Assembly (NCBI RefSeq): GCF_006345805.1
Contig: NC_042998.1
Coordinates: 203,174,001 to 203,238,000, forward strand
Source of the DNA: Octopus sinensis
Lineage: Eukaryota
DNA length: 64,000 nt
Direction of reading: 5' to 3'
Part shown: positions 12,332 to 25,646 of the stretch, piece by piece
How the letters are laid out: each line of letters begins with the position of its first letter
Numbering within the stretch: the stretch's first letter is position 1
Made by a program: the position numbers and the translations under genes
Notes under the pieces: generated by a model
The model's database searches: none
Told to the model about the DNA's origin: nothing
The model's input: only the letters and a program-made list of their open reading frames with translations

Positions 12332-12856
12332 AGAGTGAGAGAGCAGTACATGCTATCAAAGTGACACTGGGGTAAAATATACGAAGCCCAGTATACCCAT
12401 CTGATAAGGTACATGCATCGCAACCATATGTGCGCAACATGGTGATCTCATATCAAGATTAAAAGCGCATGGCCTTGCAGGTGGGGCTTGCAATTTAGAA
12501 TTTTGTTTAGGTCGAGTAGCTCATCCCGCTCAAAAAGGTCCCTGGATAAGATTTAAGGATGATGAACGAAACACCCATGTTTCCAAAAGTGAATTATTCA
12601 AGCCCCAAAGAATTCCTCTCAACCCATGGCTATGATGATCGCCACTGCTCGTGACCAGAGATGCACATATCGTCAGCTACTAAGGGACATGCTGAACTGG
12701 TTAAGGTCAAGCATCTAACAAGCAAATCTGTGGTATTGAGCGGAATATTTGCTGTAGCCCATCTTTTATACCAAGACAAAACAATGTACATGATAACACT
12801 TCCAATCAGTTAAGTTCAGAAGCCATGAGAGCCACTGCCTGGTACTGCATCAGAGC

Positions 12857-12860
<4 letters not shown>
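12332..12860 (-). mobile_element. About 530-bp retroposon-like element without a tRNA head, embedded in (TAA)n
   Basis: Sharp boundaries with TAA-type repeats on both sides; no ORF and no A/B box; recalled as a high-copy octopus repeat (unverified); strand inferred. Confidence 0.55.
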
Positions 12861-12886
<26 letters not shown>

Positions 12887-12887
<1 letters not shown>

Positions 12888-13160
12888 TACTTTTAATCTG
12901 CATGTTAATTACAATCACTCGCCGAGACACACCCAGCATCCTAGGGTGAGTGAAGGATAAGAGATGTTAACAGTATGACTGAAAGTTTGGGAAGAGAAAG
13001 TGGTGAGGGCGGTAGCGAATTATGTTCAAGTAATACAACACAGACATTTAAATGGATAGGGTTTTTCTAAGGATGTGGGCAGCACTTGTCAGCACAATCT
13101 TTTGGATTTCTGTGACACGGTCATCCTGGGATTTTATCTAAATGTTTCTGGCGTCCCCCT
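12887..13160 (-). mobile_element. R4/Dong-type non-LTR retrotransposon 3' end
   Basis: Minus translation KHLDKIPG...EIQKIVLTSAAHILRKTLSI* matches the C-terminus after the restriction-like endonuclease; 3' UTR then (TAA)n tail at 12861-12886. Confidence 0.7.
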
Positions 13161-13184
13161 TTTTTATATATAACTAGGGTATCT

Positions 13185-13500
13185 ACAAGACTTTGCCTTT
13201 CATCCTTTTGGGGTCGATAAATTAAGTACCAGTTACGCACTGGGGTTGATATAATCGACTCAATCCGTCTGTCTGTCCTTGTATGTCTCCTCTTTGTTTA
13301 GCCCCTTGTGGGTAGTAAAGAAATAGGTATTTCGTTTGTCTTTACGTTCTGAGTTCGAATTCCGCCGGGGTCGACTTTGCCTTTCATCCTTTCGGGGTCG
13401 ATAAATTAAATACCAGTTGCGTAATGGGGTCGATCTAATCGACTGGCCCCTTCCCCCTAAAATTTCGGACCTTGTTCCAAGAGTAGAAAAGAATATTATA
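13185..13500 (+). mobile_element. Dimeric SINE A/A-prime, 5'-truncated
   Basis: A 3' part, junction gggtagtaaagaaataggtatttcg at 13310-13334, then A-prime ending gagtagaaaagaata. Confidence 0.85.
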
Positions 13501-13511
13501 TTGTGTATGTG

Positions 13512-13583
<72 letters not shown>

Positions 13584-13812
13584 GCACACACACACACAGA
13601 GTAAAAGATAGGATCCTAAGACGCCTCACCGTTTCCTAACCCCACCTGCTACTCCGCTTTTAATTCTTCCTCATTCTGCTACTCTTGTGTCTCTATAGTA
13701 ATAATAAATGATCCCCCTGCTCCCGGTTCCTCCCTCCACCCTCGTATGCCTAGAACACCTACTCAGGTTTGATTTAGTGTCCCCTTAAAGTGACATTTGA
13801 AGGAGAGGAAAA

Positions 13813-13845
<33 letters not shown>

Positions 13846-14209
13846 GAAGAAAACATCTCTTTGGAAGACGGACAGATTTTTCTCCTTTTTGTTTTTGTTG
13901 TCCCTTTTTATTTCGGTTTCATTTTCCTCAGAATCGAAAGTTGATTAAAATAGAAAGAAAGAAAAACTAAATATTCAGAAACATTTTAATGAAATTTAAA
14001 GTCTGGAGAGTAAATTAAAAGTTTGAAATAAAAAAAAAAAAAATAATAATCAAAAGACGGTGAAAATAGGATAAAAATATTATCTCCTATATGTGTAGGA
14101 TGGTCTCGGATGATCAGGTATAATATATTTGCATAATATATGCATGATGGCTATATATGTATATACCAGAGATTGGCCGAAGAAGGATTTTGGTACTTTG
14201 CGCGCACAC

Positions 14210-14249
<40 letters not shown>

Positions 14250-14438
14250 TATAAATTAGGGTATCTACGAGATACCACCATGCTGAAAATAGCAGCCAAG
14301 ATCTGACTCTAAAAACCACCTTAATTGTCCATATCGCAACCGATAATTTTAATAATTATTACCTTTGAAGGTTATTTTTTTATGCTGGCCACTTGATAAA
14401 ATCGTTACTTTATTTCAAATTAACGATCATATATATAT

Positions 14439-14695
14439 ATATAAAATTAGTGAACATTTAAACACAAAAAGAGGTGACCCTTAACAGGCCGCTTCACATG
14501 CTAGAAGGAGCAGTAAAAACGTCAAAACTACATTTAAGAGCAAAAAAATAAAACATGGTAGAAGTTTTTATTTTTTATTCCCTTCGAAATTGCTCTTAAA
14601 TGTGGTTTTGGACGTTTTGACTTCTTCTTCTAGCATGTAAGGCGGCTTGTTAAGGGTCACCTGTCTTTGTGTTTAAATGTACACTAATTTTATAT
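14439..14695. mobile_element. Foldback/MITE element with about 105-bp inverted arms
   Basis: Arms 14439-14543 and 14590-14695 are reverse complements (atataaaattagtg...catttaagagcaa); 46-bp spacer. Confidence 0.85.
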
Positions 14696-15066
14696 GGAAA
14701 ATATGTTGTCTATGGACTTTTTATATATGCTAGGTCACTGGTAGAAAAATTTCTAAAATTTTGCTACCCTGTATTATTTTAAGTACACACACACACACAC
14801 ACATACTATCAAATCCAATTTAAATCGTAGATCTGGTACTTATATATCTATAGTATCCTACCAACACGATACCTTCATAGTTATTTTACCTCATAGTGCA
14901 CTCTATGTTATTGTATCTCACCATTTCTGGCATCCTACTCTTAACTTTTACCATTGATAAGTAAAAAAAATTCTCGAAATTGGTTTGGTATTTGAATAAA
15001 TGTATTAAAATTTTTAAAACAACTACGTTTTGATATTCATGCGCATTTTCAAACCCCAAAACAAAT

Positions 15067-15133
<67 letters not shown>

Positions 15134-15488
15134 GCAGTGTCTTCATGAAACAAAATATTGTTTACTACTATGTTCCTATTGATGAAACTTGTTTCTCTGT
15201 CTACCTACTTACCCTCTTTGTGATTTTGGTTAATGGAATAACTATAAAAATGAATCTTTTCAATTTAACTAAATTCTATATTTATATGTAACTGAAGATT
15301 GCTCTACATTTTAAAACTGGTGTAATACTTGCATTGTTTAATTAAATGGAGTCGCATGAAACGATCGTCCTTGCTGCTTATTTTGATTATAATCACCCCA
15401 TTTTGAATTATATGAATAATACCATACTAAATTCTAGTGTCTTTAACTTAAGTACCATATTCAACTGAATCTAAATTTTTACTGAACT

Positions 15489-15539
<51 letters not shown>

Positions 15540-15890
15540 CGCCGCTCACAGACCATCCTGCTCTTTTACTCTGTCATCATCCACCTACAAATCGGATTCT
15601 CTTCTCTCCTCTTCCCCACCACACCCACACACCTGTCATCGTTCATCCTCAAACTGAAGCACACTCGTCCGTAACTTCCCAATCGTGTTCTCTCACTCTT
15701 CTAACCATTCTAATCTTTTCTGCACTGACCTTTCCTCATCATTAATATCAGAACCTCGGCAATCTCCTAGTTAGAAGCTCCATAGCGCCCACCCGGCCAT
15801 ACACAACCAGGCACTTTTAAAAGCGCTCACTAACAGTGCAACATCTGTGCCCACATGTAGGACACTACAACCACATTTTTCTACAGTTGC
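15540..15890 (+). mobile_element. Decayed Penelope-like element fragment (linker before GIY-YIG, Neptune-like)
   Basis: Frameshifted translation: NRI..., VRNFPI, QNLGNLLVRSS, QPGTFKSAH*QCNICAH, like the PLE motif NLRDLLVRS...PGTFPC..C..C. Confidence 0.6.
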
Positions 15891-16385
15891 CATTCTCTAG
15901 TTCTCCAAATAGAAATACTTTTCTCGCCAGTCTAAGACAATGATATCAGCAAAATTCCATGAAGAGATCTTCGGAGTTCTCTTTTATGAAAATAAAAATG
16001 TAAATTTTTGATAACCCTAACATATTTTATAATTCTCGCATTCGACCCCAAACAGAGTAACTTTTGATGTTGAAGATATTTTCAATAATCAGAGATCATA
16101 TTTTTTTTTTGTTCTCTTCAAATCTACTTCACTGAAATGATTAATCCCAGAAAATGACAAAAAATTTATAAAATTTGACTTTGAGAACAATGTTAGATCG
16201 TGACTGGAACTAAGTTGAACGAGACCAATTTAGGTGAATAAGAGGATACTTCAGTTGGCAGACCGAAATGGGTTTTTTGCTAGAAATTTCAAAAGTTCTG
16301 AGACCCCACTTCACCGAAAATAAATAATAAGGAGTGAAATACAGAAAATCGAAAAAATGAGGAATCAAATATTATATTATATTAT

Positions 16386-16435
<50 letters not shown>

Positions 16436-16477
16436 GTGTGTGTGTGTGTGTGTATGTAAATTAGGTTTTATATACAT

Positions 16478-16795
16478 ATGGTTCAGTGGTTAGAGCATTG
16501 GGTTCACAATCACGAGGTTGTGAGTTCGATTCCCGGACCGGGCTTCATGTTGTGTTCTTGAGCAAGACACTTTATTCCACATTGCTCCAGTTCACTCAGT
16601 TGTAGAAATGAGTTGTGACGTCACAGGTGCCAAGCCTTTGCTTTTCCCTTGGCGTTGCGAGGGGGAGGCTGGTATGCATAGGTGGCTGCTGGTTTTCTAA
16701 AAAAAAAAATAACCCTTCCCGGACTTGTGCCTCAGAGGGGGAACTTTCTAGATGTAGTTACAGAGTCGTTCATGACCAAAGGGAGCCTTTACCTA
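16478..16795 (+). mobile_element. SINE with D-type head and alternative tail
   Basis: tggttcagtggttagagc...gagttcgattccc, ttgagcaagacac, tail cccttcccggacttgtgcctcagagggg. Confidence 0.7.
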
Positions 16796-17193
16796 TAAAG
16801 GTGTGAACTTGCTAGCCACCATATTATTACTGTAATATAGGCAATAACACTACCTTATTAAAATTTTTCTTGTTTACGATCGTTTCTTTTAAACAGAGCG
16901 GGACGTTTAAAGTAAGCAACGCACACGAGCTAACGTAGTGAATATTTTAGAAATAGATGCTAAATGCTGTCTTCAACTGAGGATCGCAATCTTTGTTTAT
17001 CATAGGAAGCGTGAAATCAATTGATATCGTAATATGTATTACTTATCCAGGTATTCCAAGCAAAGGTAAGCCTATTTCTGAAATGTTCATTGCATTCGTC
17101 GTGTGATTCTTTATCGTAATTTCTATGGTGGCTTTTGGAAGCTATAGCTCTGATTTTAGCAAGTGATATTATATACCCTACCTAATCTTAAAT

Positions 17194-17252
<59 letters not shown>

Positions 17253-17259
17253 GCATATA

Positions 17260-17395
17260 CTAGCAGTATCGCCCGGCGTTGCTCGGGTTGCTTCGACCCT
17301 TTAGAATTGGAATTTTTGAAAAGTAAAATTTTTGCATTATGTAGCTTGTTATTCTCTTCAAGTGAACATTTTTGGGGTTGAAATACACCGAATTT
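17260..17395 (-). mobile_element. Non-autonomous Helitron 3' fragment
   Basis: Minus 3' end cccgagcaacgccgggcgatactgCTAG|t (hairpin plus CTAG); interior matches 49295-49731. Confidence 0.8.
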
Positions 17396-17450
17396 TTAAT
17401 TCGACAGTTGTTGCAGGAAGCTCAGTAACGTAACAATGTGTGTGTGCGTA

Positions 17451-17652
17451 AGGCGACGAGCTGGCAGAAACGTTAGCACGGTATTTCGTCTGCCGTTACA
17501 TTCTGTGTTCAAATTCCGCCGATGTCGACTTTGCCTTTCATCCTTTCGAGGGAGGGGGATAAATTACGTACCAGTTACGAACTGGAAGTCGATCTAATCG
17601 ACTGGCCCCCTCCCCCAAAATTTCGGGCCTTGAGTTTAGAGTAGAAAAGAAT
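17451..17652 (+). mobile_element. SINE A-prime
   Basis: A head, tail tggccccctcccccaaaatttcgggccttg...gagtagaaaagaat. Confidence 0.85.
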
Positions 17653-18579
17653 GTGTGTGTGTGTGTGTGTGTGAGTGAGAGAGAGAGCGAGACGTAACAA
17701 TCCTAGGCACATCGAATGTTTCACCCTTGAGGCTATAGTAATATTGGACATTAATTTTAAGAGTAAAGTAAACATGGTCCAGAAAGCAGCAGACACACAG
17801 ACAGAAAGTAACTAGACAAATAAATTAATAAACAGTTACTCGTATAAATGAATATTGTAAATAAACAATTATATAAAGTGGGCGGCTGTAAACAAATAAT
17901 TAAGAAAACATTTAATTATATCAAGACTGGTGTACATAAAATAAACAGACGAATAAAGAATTTAACAACAACAACAATAATAATAAATGGATTAGGTGGG
18001 TTAGTGGGTTGGGTGGAGAGGGAAAGTTAATTTGTAGCAAGGTCGACAGCCAGAATCAGCCGAGCGTATTCAGGGTTAATATATCCGTGACATAAGGACA
18101 AGTGATCGGTTTTAAGATATGATGTCTTGGGAACAGATTAAAAACGGGACCGAATCTAGGAAGAGGGGTTTGTTTCTTGGGTTTTCTTCATCTTTTGTTT
18201 CGGATTCCTCGTCTCCCATCCTTCTATTTATCGAATTTCTTTTTCTTCAACTCTTTTCTTTTCTCTTTTCTCCCCCATTTTTCGTTTTCATTTTCTCCTT
18301 TTCCTTTTTTTCCCCTTTTCCTTTTTCCCCCTTTTCCTCCCTCCCCTCTTTTTTCTTGTTATCTTGCTCTTTTTCTTTGTCCTGTCTGCATGTGTCTGAT
18401 TCTAAAGGTGTGTGTGTCTGTGTGTGCTTTTATCAGTTTTGTCATTGGACGCTCTATTTAACAAACATATGTACTGGAGCCATACCAACTCGCTGTTATC
18501 ACACACTCATACAAAACAACAACAAGAACAGCAGCAACTAATTAAACCATCAAAAATAGGAGGAAAACAGCAAACAATT

Positions 18580-18733
18580 CAGGAGTGGCTGTGTGGTAAG
18601 TAGCTTGTTTACCAACCACATGGTTCTGGGTTCAGTTCCACTGCGTGGCACCTTGGACAAGTGTCTTCTACTACAGCCTCGGGCCGACCAAAGCCTTGTG
18701 AGTGGATTTGGTAGACGGAAACTGAAAGAAGAC

Positions 18734-18769
<36 letters not shown>

Positions 18770-19001
18770 CATATAGTCGTGTGTGTGTGTGTTTGTGTGT
18801 CTGTGTTTGTCCCCCCAGCATCGCTTGACAACTGATGCTGGTGTGTTTACGTCCCCGTAACTTAGCGGTTCGGCAAAAGCGACCGATAGAATAGGTACTA
18901 GGCTTACAAAGAATAAGTCCTGGGGTCGATTTGCTCGACTAAAGGCAGTGCTCCAGCATGGCCACAGTCAAATGACTGAAACAAGTAAAAGAATAAAAGA
19001 G
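18580..19001 (+). mobile_element. SINE family B, full length
   Basis: Colinear with 2672-3089. Confidence 0.92.
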
Positions 19002-19436
19002 AAAAGACGATTGCTATCGTTGTTATGAAAGCGAGGGCAGCGAAATGGCTGAATCGGTAACACGCCGGACAAACTGCTTAGTAGCACTCCTTCGGTCTGT
19101 ATGTTCTGAGTTCAAATTCCGCCGAGATCGGCTTTGCCTTTTATCCTTTCGAGGTCGATGAAGTAAGTTCCAGTTGATCACTAGGATCACTTTTATCTTC
19201 CTCCTCCGATTTTGCTGGCTTTGTGCCAAAATTTGAACTCTATTTCGATACAACAGAATATCTTTTAATTGCTGTTTTTGTTTCTCGATTCTGCAGATAA
19301 GAGACGAAATATTGAATCCTTAATTGGTTCTCCTCTAACCCCTTGATTCCGCCATCTTTTCTCGCTAAATTAAACTGAATTGATTTATAAAATATGTAAA
19401 AAAATTAACCGAAATTCGTGTTTCCCAACATTAAAT

Positions 19437-19715
19437 GAAGGTGCGTGGCCCAGAGGTTAGGGTGTTACCCATACGATTATGAGATCATGATTTCGATTCC
19501 CCAGACCGGGTAGTATGTTGTGCTTTTGAGCAAAGAATTTTGTGTCGCTCCAGTCCACTCAGCTGTAAATGCGATCCAACATTTTCTGGGAAGTAAACCC
19601 GGAAACGGACCGGCGTTCCGTTTAGTGAGCGGCAGTGTTGTAATCTCAGCCGCTTATTCTCCATGGAAACCAGGTTACGGTCCGGCCTTATAAGCCTTGG
19701 CGTTCGTGACAGACT
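19437..19715 (+). mobile_element. SINE with D-type head and Nin/Deu-like tail, diverged
   Basis: gtggcccagaggttaggg...ttcgattccc; tail acccggaaacggaccggcgttccg...gaaaccagg...ccggccttataagcc. Confidence 0.6.
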
Positions 19716-20443
19716 ACGCTGTAGAGAGAACTGCCTTTACATACGAGGAATTTTATCGATGAATATCGAATCCTCAGTTGGTTTCCAATCACAGATCAAC
19801 TCCACTGTCTGCTCTCGCAGAACTAAATAATTTGTAAACTTTGTGAATTAACCAAAAACTCAACGTCTCAGATCCGTCTGTTTACCTTTAACTTAGGGAA
19901 CGTGGCCACAGAAATTGTATGGAAGAGGTCTCATCGATAATATCAATTGCTATATTTGATTCATATTTCTTTTATCGATTTGGAACAATGAAAGATAAAA
20001 TGGATTCCGGCGGGATTTTAACGAAAAAGGCCATAAATACCGAAAGATATTTCATTTACTTGGTTGCTCCACCATTTCACCGCCCTTTAATAATCATGAT
20101 GATGATGTCGGTGTTAACTATCGCCAATAACGACACTCTTACGTGGTTGCTATGCTTGTTAGATATAGCAGTTAAATCTCCCTCATGATCTCCAGTCTTG
20201 ATGTGGAATAATGCATTCCTAGATACACAATGACAAAGAGAAAGATTGGGAGGTCATGAATGGAGTGACTGATCACAGGTGTACTCAGTCGGAGCTGAAC
20301 TAAAACTAGGCTGTTACTCGATCACATGATTCTGGGTTCAGTTCCACTGCGTGGAGACTTGGGCAAGTAGCTCTTACTAAAGCCTCGAGCCGACCAAAGC
20401 CTTGTGAGTGCATTTGGTAGACAGAAACTGAAAGAAGTCCGCC

Positions 20444-20473
<30 letters not shown>

Positions 20474-20476
<3 letters not shown>

Positions 20477-21739
20477 CAGGTTGGTGTAAAAGTAATGTAC
20501 GATTTAAAGATCAAAGTTAAAAACGGATCAGCCAATGACTATGGAAATATGTATTCCTTAACATACTCTCCGTTGCTTTCAGTGGCCTCATTCCATCTTT
20601 CAACAATCTTTATAACTGTCTCGCTTGTAAAATTCTGTAGGTTTAGAAATATGAATACAACCCATTCACAATCTCTTGTTGTTAACCTAAGACAAATCAA
20701 AATCGTTCTGTAGTCTTCGGAACAAATGGTAATCAGAAGGAGCAAGGTGAGGAGAATATGAAGGATGAGGCAGTATTTGCCAACCAAGTTCTTCAAAGAG
20801 AGTTTTGGTCAGTTGAGCTGTGTGGGGACGAGCATAATCGTGATGGAAGATAATATTCTTTCTGTTAACCAAGAATGCTCGCTTTTGGCTCAGAACTGTT
20901 TTCAAATGACGAAGTTGCTCACAGTAAAGATTAGCATTAATTGTTTGGTTCTTATCCAACAGTTCATAATGGATTACTCCTTTAATATCCCACCATACAC
21001 TCAACATGATCTTCCTTGGATGAAGTCCTGCTCTCGGTTGTAGAACTGGCCGTCCTCCTCGACTGATCCAAGAACGGCGGCGTTTAACATTAAAGAATCC
21101 ACTTCTCATCACCTGTAACGAGCCTATCTAAAGATGTTCTTGAAAGTGTCTCAAAAGCAATGATTGAAAACACGTAGCAAGCTGTTGTCGATTCTCTGGA
21201 GTCAGCTCGTGAGGGACCCATTTTCCAGCCACTGAAACCTTTCCAATGTGTTTTAGCTGGTGTACCACGGCTGTATGGGCCAAGTTTAACTGTTCTGCAA
21301 GTTCCCTAGTGGTAACGGTAGGGTTCTCTGAAACAAGAGCTTCCAACATTTCAGAATCAAGTTTTTATGGACGACCCTCTTTTGGCTCTTCTTTCAAATT
21401 GAAATCACGACTTCAGAGATGGGAAAACCACCTCCTGCAACTTCTTTCATTCACTACATCATCCCAAAAACTGCTCTGAATAGATCTTGCTGCCGCACTT
21501 GCATTAACACCTTTATGAAACTCGTAGAGTAAAACGTTTCTTATGTGATCTTTAGATGGGACAAACATGGTGGTAAAATTTTCTGAGAATTATGGCAACA
21601 AGCTAGCTAATCTGAAAGAAAATAGTACAAATTAGACAGAGAGATATCTTAAAACTATAAGAAGAGATTAAAAAATTGATAAATTCGCTCTGAAACATTT
21701 CTTCCAGAAATCGGACATTACTTTTGCACCAACCTGATT
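20474..21739 (-). mobile_element. Full-length dead mariner (DD34D) transposon
   Basis: 30-bp TIRs 28/30 identical (tcaggttggtg(t/c)aaaagtaatgt(a/c)cgattt) set in TA tracts; minus translation MFVPSKDHIRNVLLYEF, WVPHEL, TGDEKW, HDYARPH, YSPHLAPSDYHLF with D34D spacing; stops and frameshifts. Confidence 0.95.
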
Positions 21740-21775
<36 letters not shown>

Positions 21776-21834
21776 ATATTAAAGGCAAAGAAGAAAATAT
21801 AGATTTAGTGGACAAATATTTGATATTTGTCATC

Positions 21835-22032
21835 TCTTATACTTGTTTTAGTCATTTGACTGTGGCCATGCTGGAACACCGCCTTTAGTCGAGCAAATCG
21901 ACTCCAGGACTTATTCTTTGTAAGCCTAGAACTTATTCTATCGGTCTCTTTTGCCAAGCCGCAAAGTTACGGGGACGTAAACACACCAGCATCGGTTGTC
22001 AAGCGATACTGGGGGGGACAAACACACACACC

Positions 22033-22066
<34 letters not shown>

Positions 22067-22226
22067 AACGACGGACTTATTTCAGTTTCCGTCTATCAAA
22101 TCCACTCACAAGGCTTTGGTCGGCCCGAGACTATAGTAGAAGACTCTTGCCCAAGGTGCCACGCAGTGCGACTGAACCCCGAACCATGTGGTTGGTAAGC
22201 AAGCTACTTACCACACAGCCACTCCT
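21835..22226 (-). mobile_element. SINE family B, full length
   Basis: Reverse complement of the family B consensus. Confidence 0.9.
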
Positions 22227-22903
22227 CCATTTTCTTCTTTGCCTTATAGATCCTGGGTAAACTTTTGTTTACCCCCTTGCATACCTATTATTCAATTGCG
22301 CTATTGCTCTGCAACAGTAAGCATTTGGATATAAATACATTGGTATACATCCAGTAGTATATAGGATATTTATTATCCCTTAGGTGGTTGTTTATCCTCT
22401 AACTCATATTGATGTATATATACATACATATACATGTGTACGTGTTTGTTACCCCACCATCACTTGACTGCTGATGCTGGTGTGTTCGGCAAAAGAGACC
22501 GATAGAATAAGTACTAGGCTTACATAGATTAAGTCCTGGGGTCGATTTGTTTGACTAAAATCTCTTAAGATGGTGTTCCAGTATGGCCGCAGTTAAATAA
22601 CTGAAACAAATAAAGAATATTATATTGTATATATACTATAATATATATATTGTATATTATATAAATATTGTATGTAAAGTGTTATTTTATATAAATATTG
22701 TATATATATATATATATATTATAATATACAATATATATATATATATTGTATATATATATATATATTGTATATATATACATATAATACAATATCACACACA
22801 CATATATATATAAATATTGTATGTAAAGTGTATAGTATATATAAATATTGTATATTATATATATATATTATAATATACAATATATATATATATTGTATAT
22901 ATA

Positions 22904-22936
<33 letters not shown>

Positions 22937-23761
22937 CACACATATATACATATATATATACATACACACACATATATATACATTAATATAGAGAGATATT
23001 TGCTTGTTCCAATCCGATCATCCAGTTTCCGTTGCTACGCAAGTTTCTTGCTGAGTACCTTTCTTCAGGCGAGAAAAATACAAAGTTTCATAACTAGAAG
23101 GATTTTCACAGTTGGAAACTCTGAGTAACAAACTAGAGTGTGATTCACCAATTTGGAACGAACACACACACAAACAGAGTTTTGCTTAGAATACTTTGGA
23201 AAAGACAGAGAGGGAGTGAGAGAGAGAGAAAGAGAGAGAGAGTGAAATAGTTTGATGTTGAGCGATGGGGTGAGGGAGAGGAGACCACCTAGAACCGAAT
23301 CGGACTCTTTATTCCGTAATATCGTTAGTAAACTTTTAACTCTGTCTGTCTGTTCGGTGTCTGATATGGTTTGAGACAGATTTATTACATAAACTGTTTC
23401 CTTTTAATTATATCTGAATGAGGGGCAGGGTGTAGAGATAGGAGGGTCTGGTACTAGGGGGGTGGAGAGAGAAATAGAAGCAAGGAGAGTGTATGTATGT
23501 ATGTATATGCGGGGTTTCTGTCCAGGCGTATGTATGTGTAGGTTTGATTGATGGCGTGCGGATGTATGTATAAATGCGCTTGCATGTGTGTATGTACTAT
23601 CAAGTGTTGCATATGTACTAGTGCTATATGTATGTACGTATGTTTGTACTGGTGTGTGTGTGTGTGTGTTATAGTATATGGTGGAGCGTGTTGGCGTATA
23701 TATGTGTGTGTCGTCTATTTGTTTATATTTGAAAATGAATGAGTGAATGTATCTGTACGGT

Positions 23762-23804
<43 letters not shown>

Positions 23805-24696
23805 TGTGTGTGTGTGTGTGTTGTTTATGCGTGTCATGTTTAGATATTTAAGAAAGTGAGGCTGAAACGAAAAATAGACGAGAACAGATAAAAACTAGCA
23901 GAATGACAGTCATCAATCCATTTCATTGCTTAATTAGCATGCATTGGTAATTAATTTATTGTTTTAATTGTTGTTGTTGTCATTTTACGTCTAGTTTAGT
24001 GAGCTGATTGGTTGATTATAAAGTAAGTCTGCTGTGTTGAGTGCAGTGCGCATGCGTCAGTCCCTGGCAGACGACAACTAAGGCGTGTGTGTCGTCCTGT
24101 TACAAAACAGATAAACATTTTTTTTTTTTTATTTAAATCCAGTTAAGACAGAAATGGTACGGAATCTTAATCTGACAGTCTCCGGATTGCAGTTTCCTCC
24201 AAGTTCATGACTTTTCGGACATTCTCCGAATTTTCATTTCGTTTCTTATCATTTCGTGTGTGGAGGTTGGGAGTCGGGGAGGGTGGTTATACTGCTTTTG
24301 TTTGTTCTACGAGCACCTCCACCCCACCCCCACAACACCTCCACCGCTTACTAATCTTCATAACAACAACATAATAATAATAATAATAATAATCCCGTTC
24401 ATAGTATCGTCGTCATAAGGATATCAACGTAATCGTCGTCGCCGTCGTCGTCATAATAGTCAGGCGTCGCCATCGTCAGAACATCACGAACATCGTCAGT
24501 TATCGTGATCGTCACCTTCTTTACAGATGTCATCCTCATTATTCAGCATCATTTTCATCTTTCCCTTCATCATCATCATCACGAAGTAAAAAGCATCTCG
24601 TCCCTCAAGGTAGAATTTTCAGCACACATACACACATATATGTATGTATAATTTGAGTGCTTACGTATACATATGTATCTATATATGTATATTATC

Positions 24697-24736
<40 letters not shown>

Positions 24737-24741
24737 ATGTA

Positions 24742-25646
24742 CAAGGTGCTATCAAAGTGTTCCCAGACTAGTTATGTTGAATAAAAATAAGTTATTTACC
24801 TAAGTTTTAACATCATTTCATTCGAAATCGTCAGCTTTCGCAACAATACACCGGTCCCAGAGTTCTTGCTATTTTCGGAATCCAGCCTGGGAATCGTTCT
24901 CCGGAAGCAAGTCGAGGACCTTCTGCGATTCGTTCTGGATCTCGACAACGAGGTTAAAACGGTGACCTTTGAGCTGCATTTTCATTTTGGGGAAGAGATG
25001 GAAGTTTGTAGGTGCTAAACCTGGGCAATATGGCGAGTGCAGGAGAGATACCCTGTGGTTTTTGGCGAGAAACTCACGAGTGGGGCGAGTTCGGTGCCAG
25101 GATACACTGTCGTTCGTGATGAACCCAAACGATAGGATTACTTGCCGGGACCCATTCGACAGACCAATAACCTCAGCAATGTCGTTGGTTGCCCTCCGAC
25201 GATCCTCATTTACAAGCTGATGGATTTCCCCCCCTCATTCCCGAGGGTGACGCTCGTGGCAGGTCTTCCAGATCTCTCATCGTCTTCCAGGGAATTCTTC
25301 CCCTTTGAAGCGCCCGTGCCATTCGAAACATGGCGTACGACCCATTTCCTCGTCGTCTAAAGCTTACCGAAGCATGCTCAATGTCTCTGTAGCGGACTTC
25401 CCAAGTTTAACGCAAAATATTCCACGTTGGCTCTTTGTTTCAACTTCCTGTCTGTGACAAAAATCGCAGACTACAGCAAACACGTGATCACAAACACACA
25501 GATTTCACTACTTGCGAAGTCAATACAGCAATGTCGGCACACTGCGTCATGGAGGTCATTGCTAGCTCTCACTGCACATGCAACCGTGTGCTGACATCTG
25601 TTGGCGCGCTACAGAACTAGTCCGGGGACGTTTTGATACCGCCTCA
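24742..25646 (-). mobile_element. Internally deleted mariner (irritans/Hsmar2-like)
   Basis: Degenerate TIRs caaggtgctatcaaagtgttcccagactagtt and rc tgaggcggtatcaaaacgtccccggactagtt; N-term QRANV..LGKSATETLSML..EDDERSGRP and C-term HSPYCPGLAPTNFHLFPKMK..WDRCIVA; central catalytic region deleted. Confidence 0.88.

Noticed and set aside
12780-12860. HDV-like ribozyme at the 5' end of the 530-bp element
   Set aside because: Could not fold a convincing nested pseudoknot by hand; left as a suggested search.
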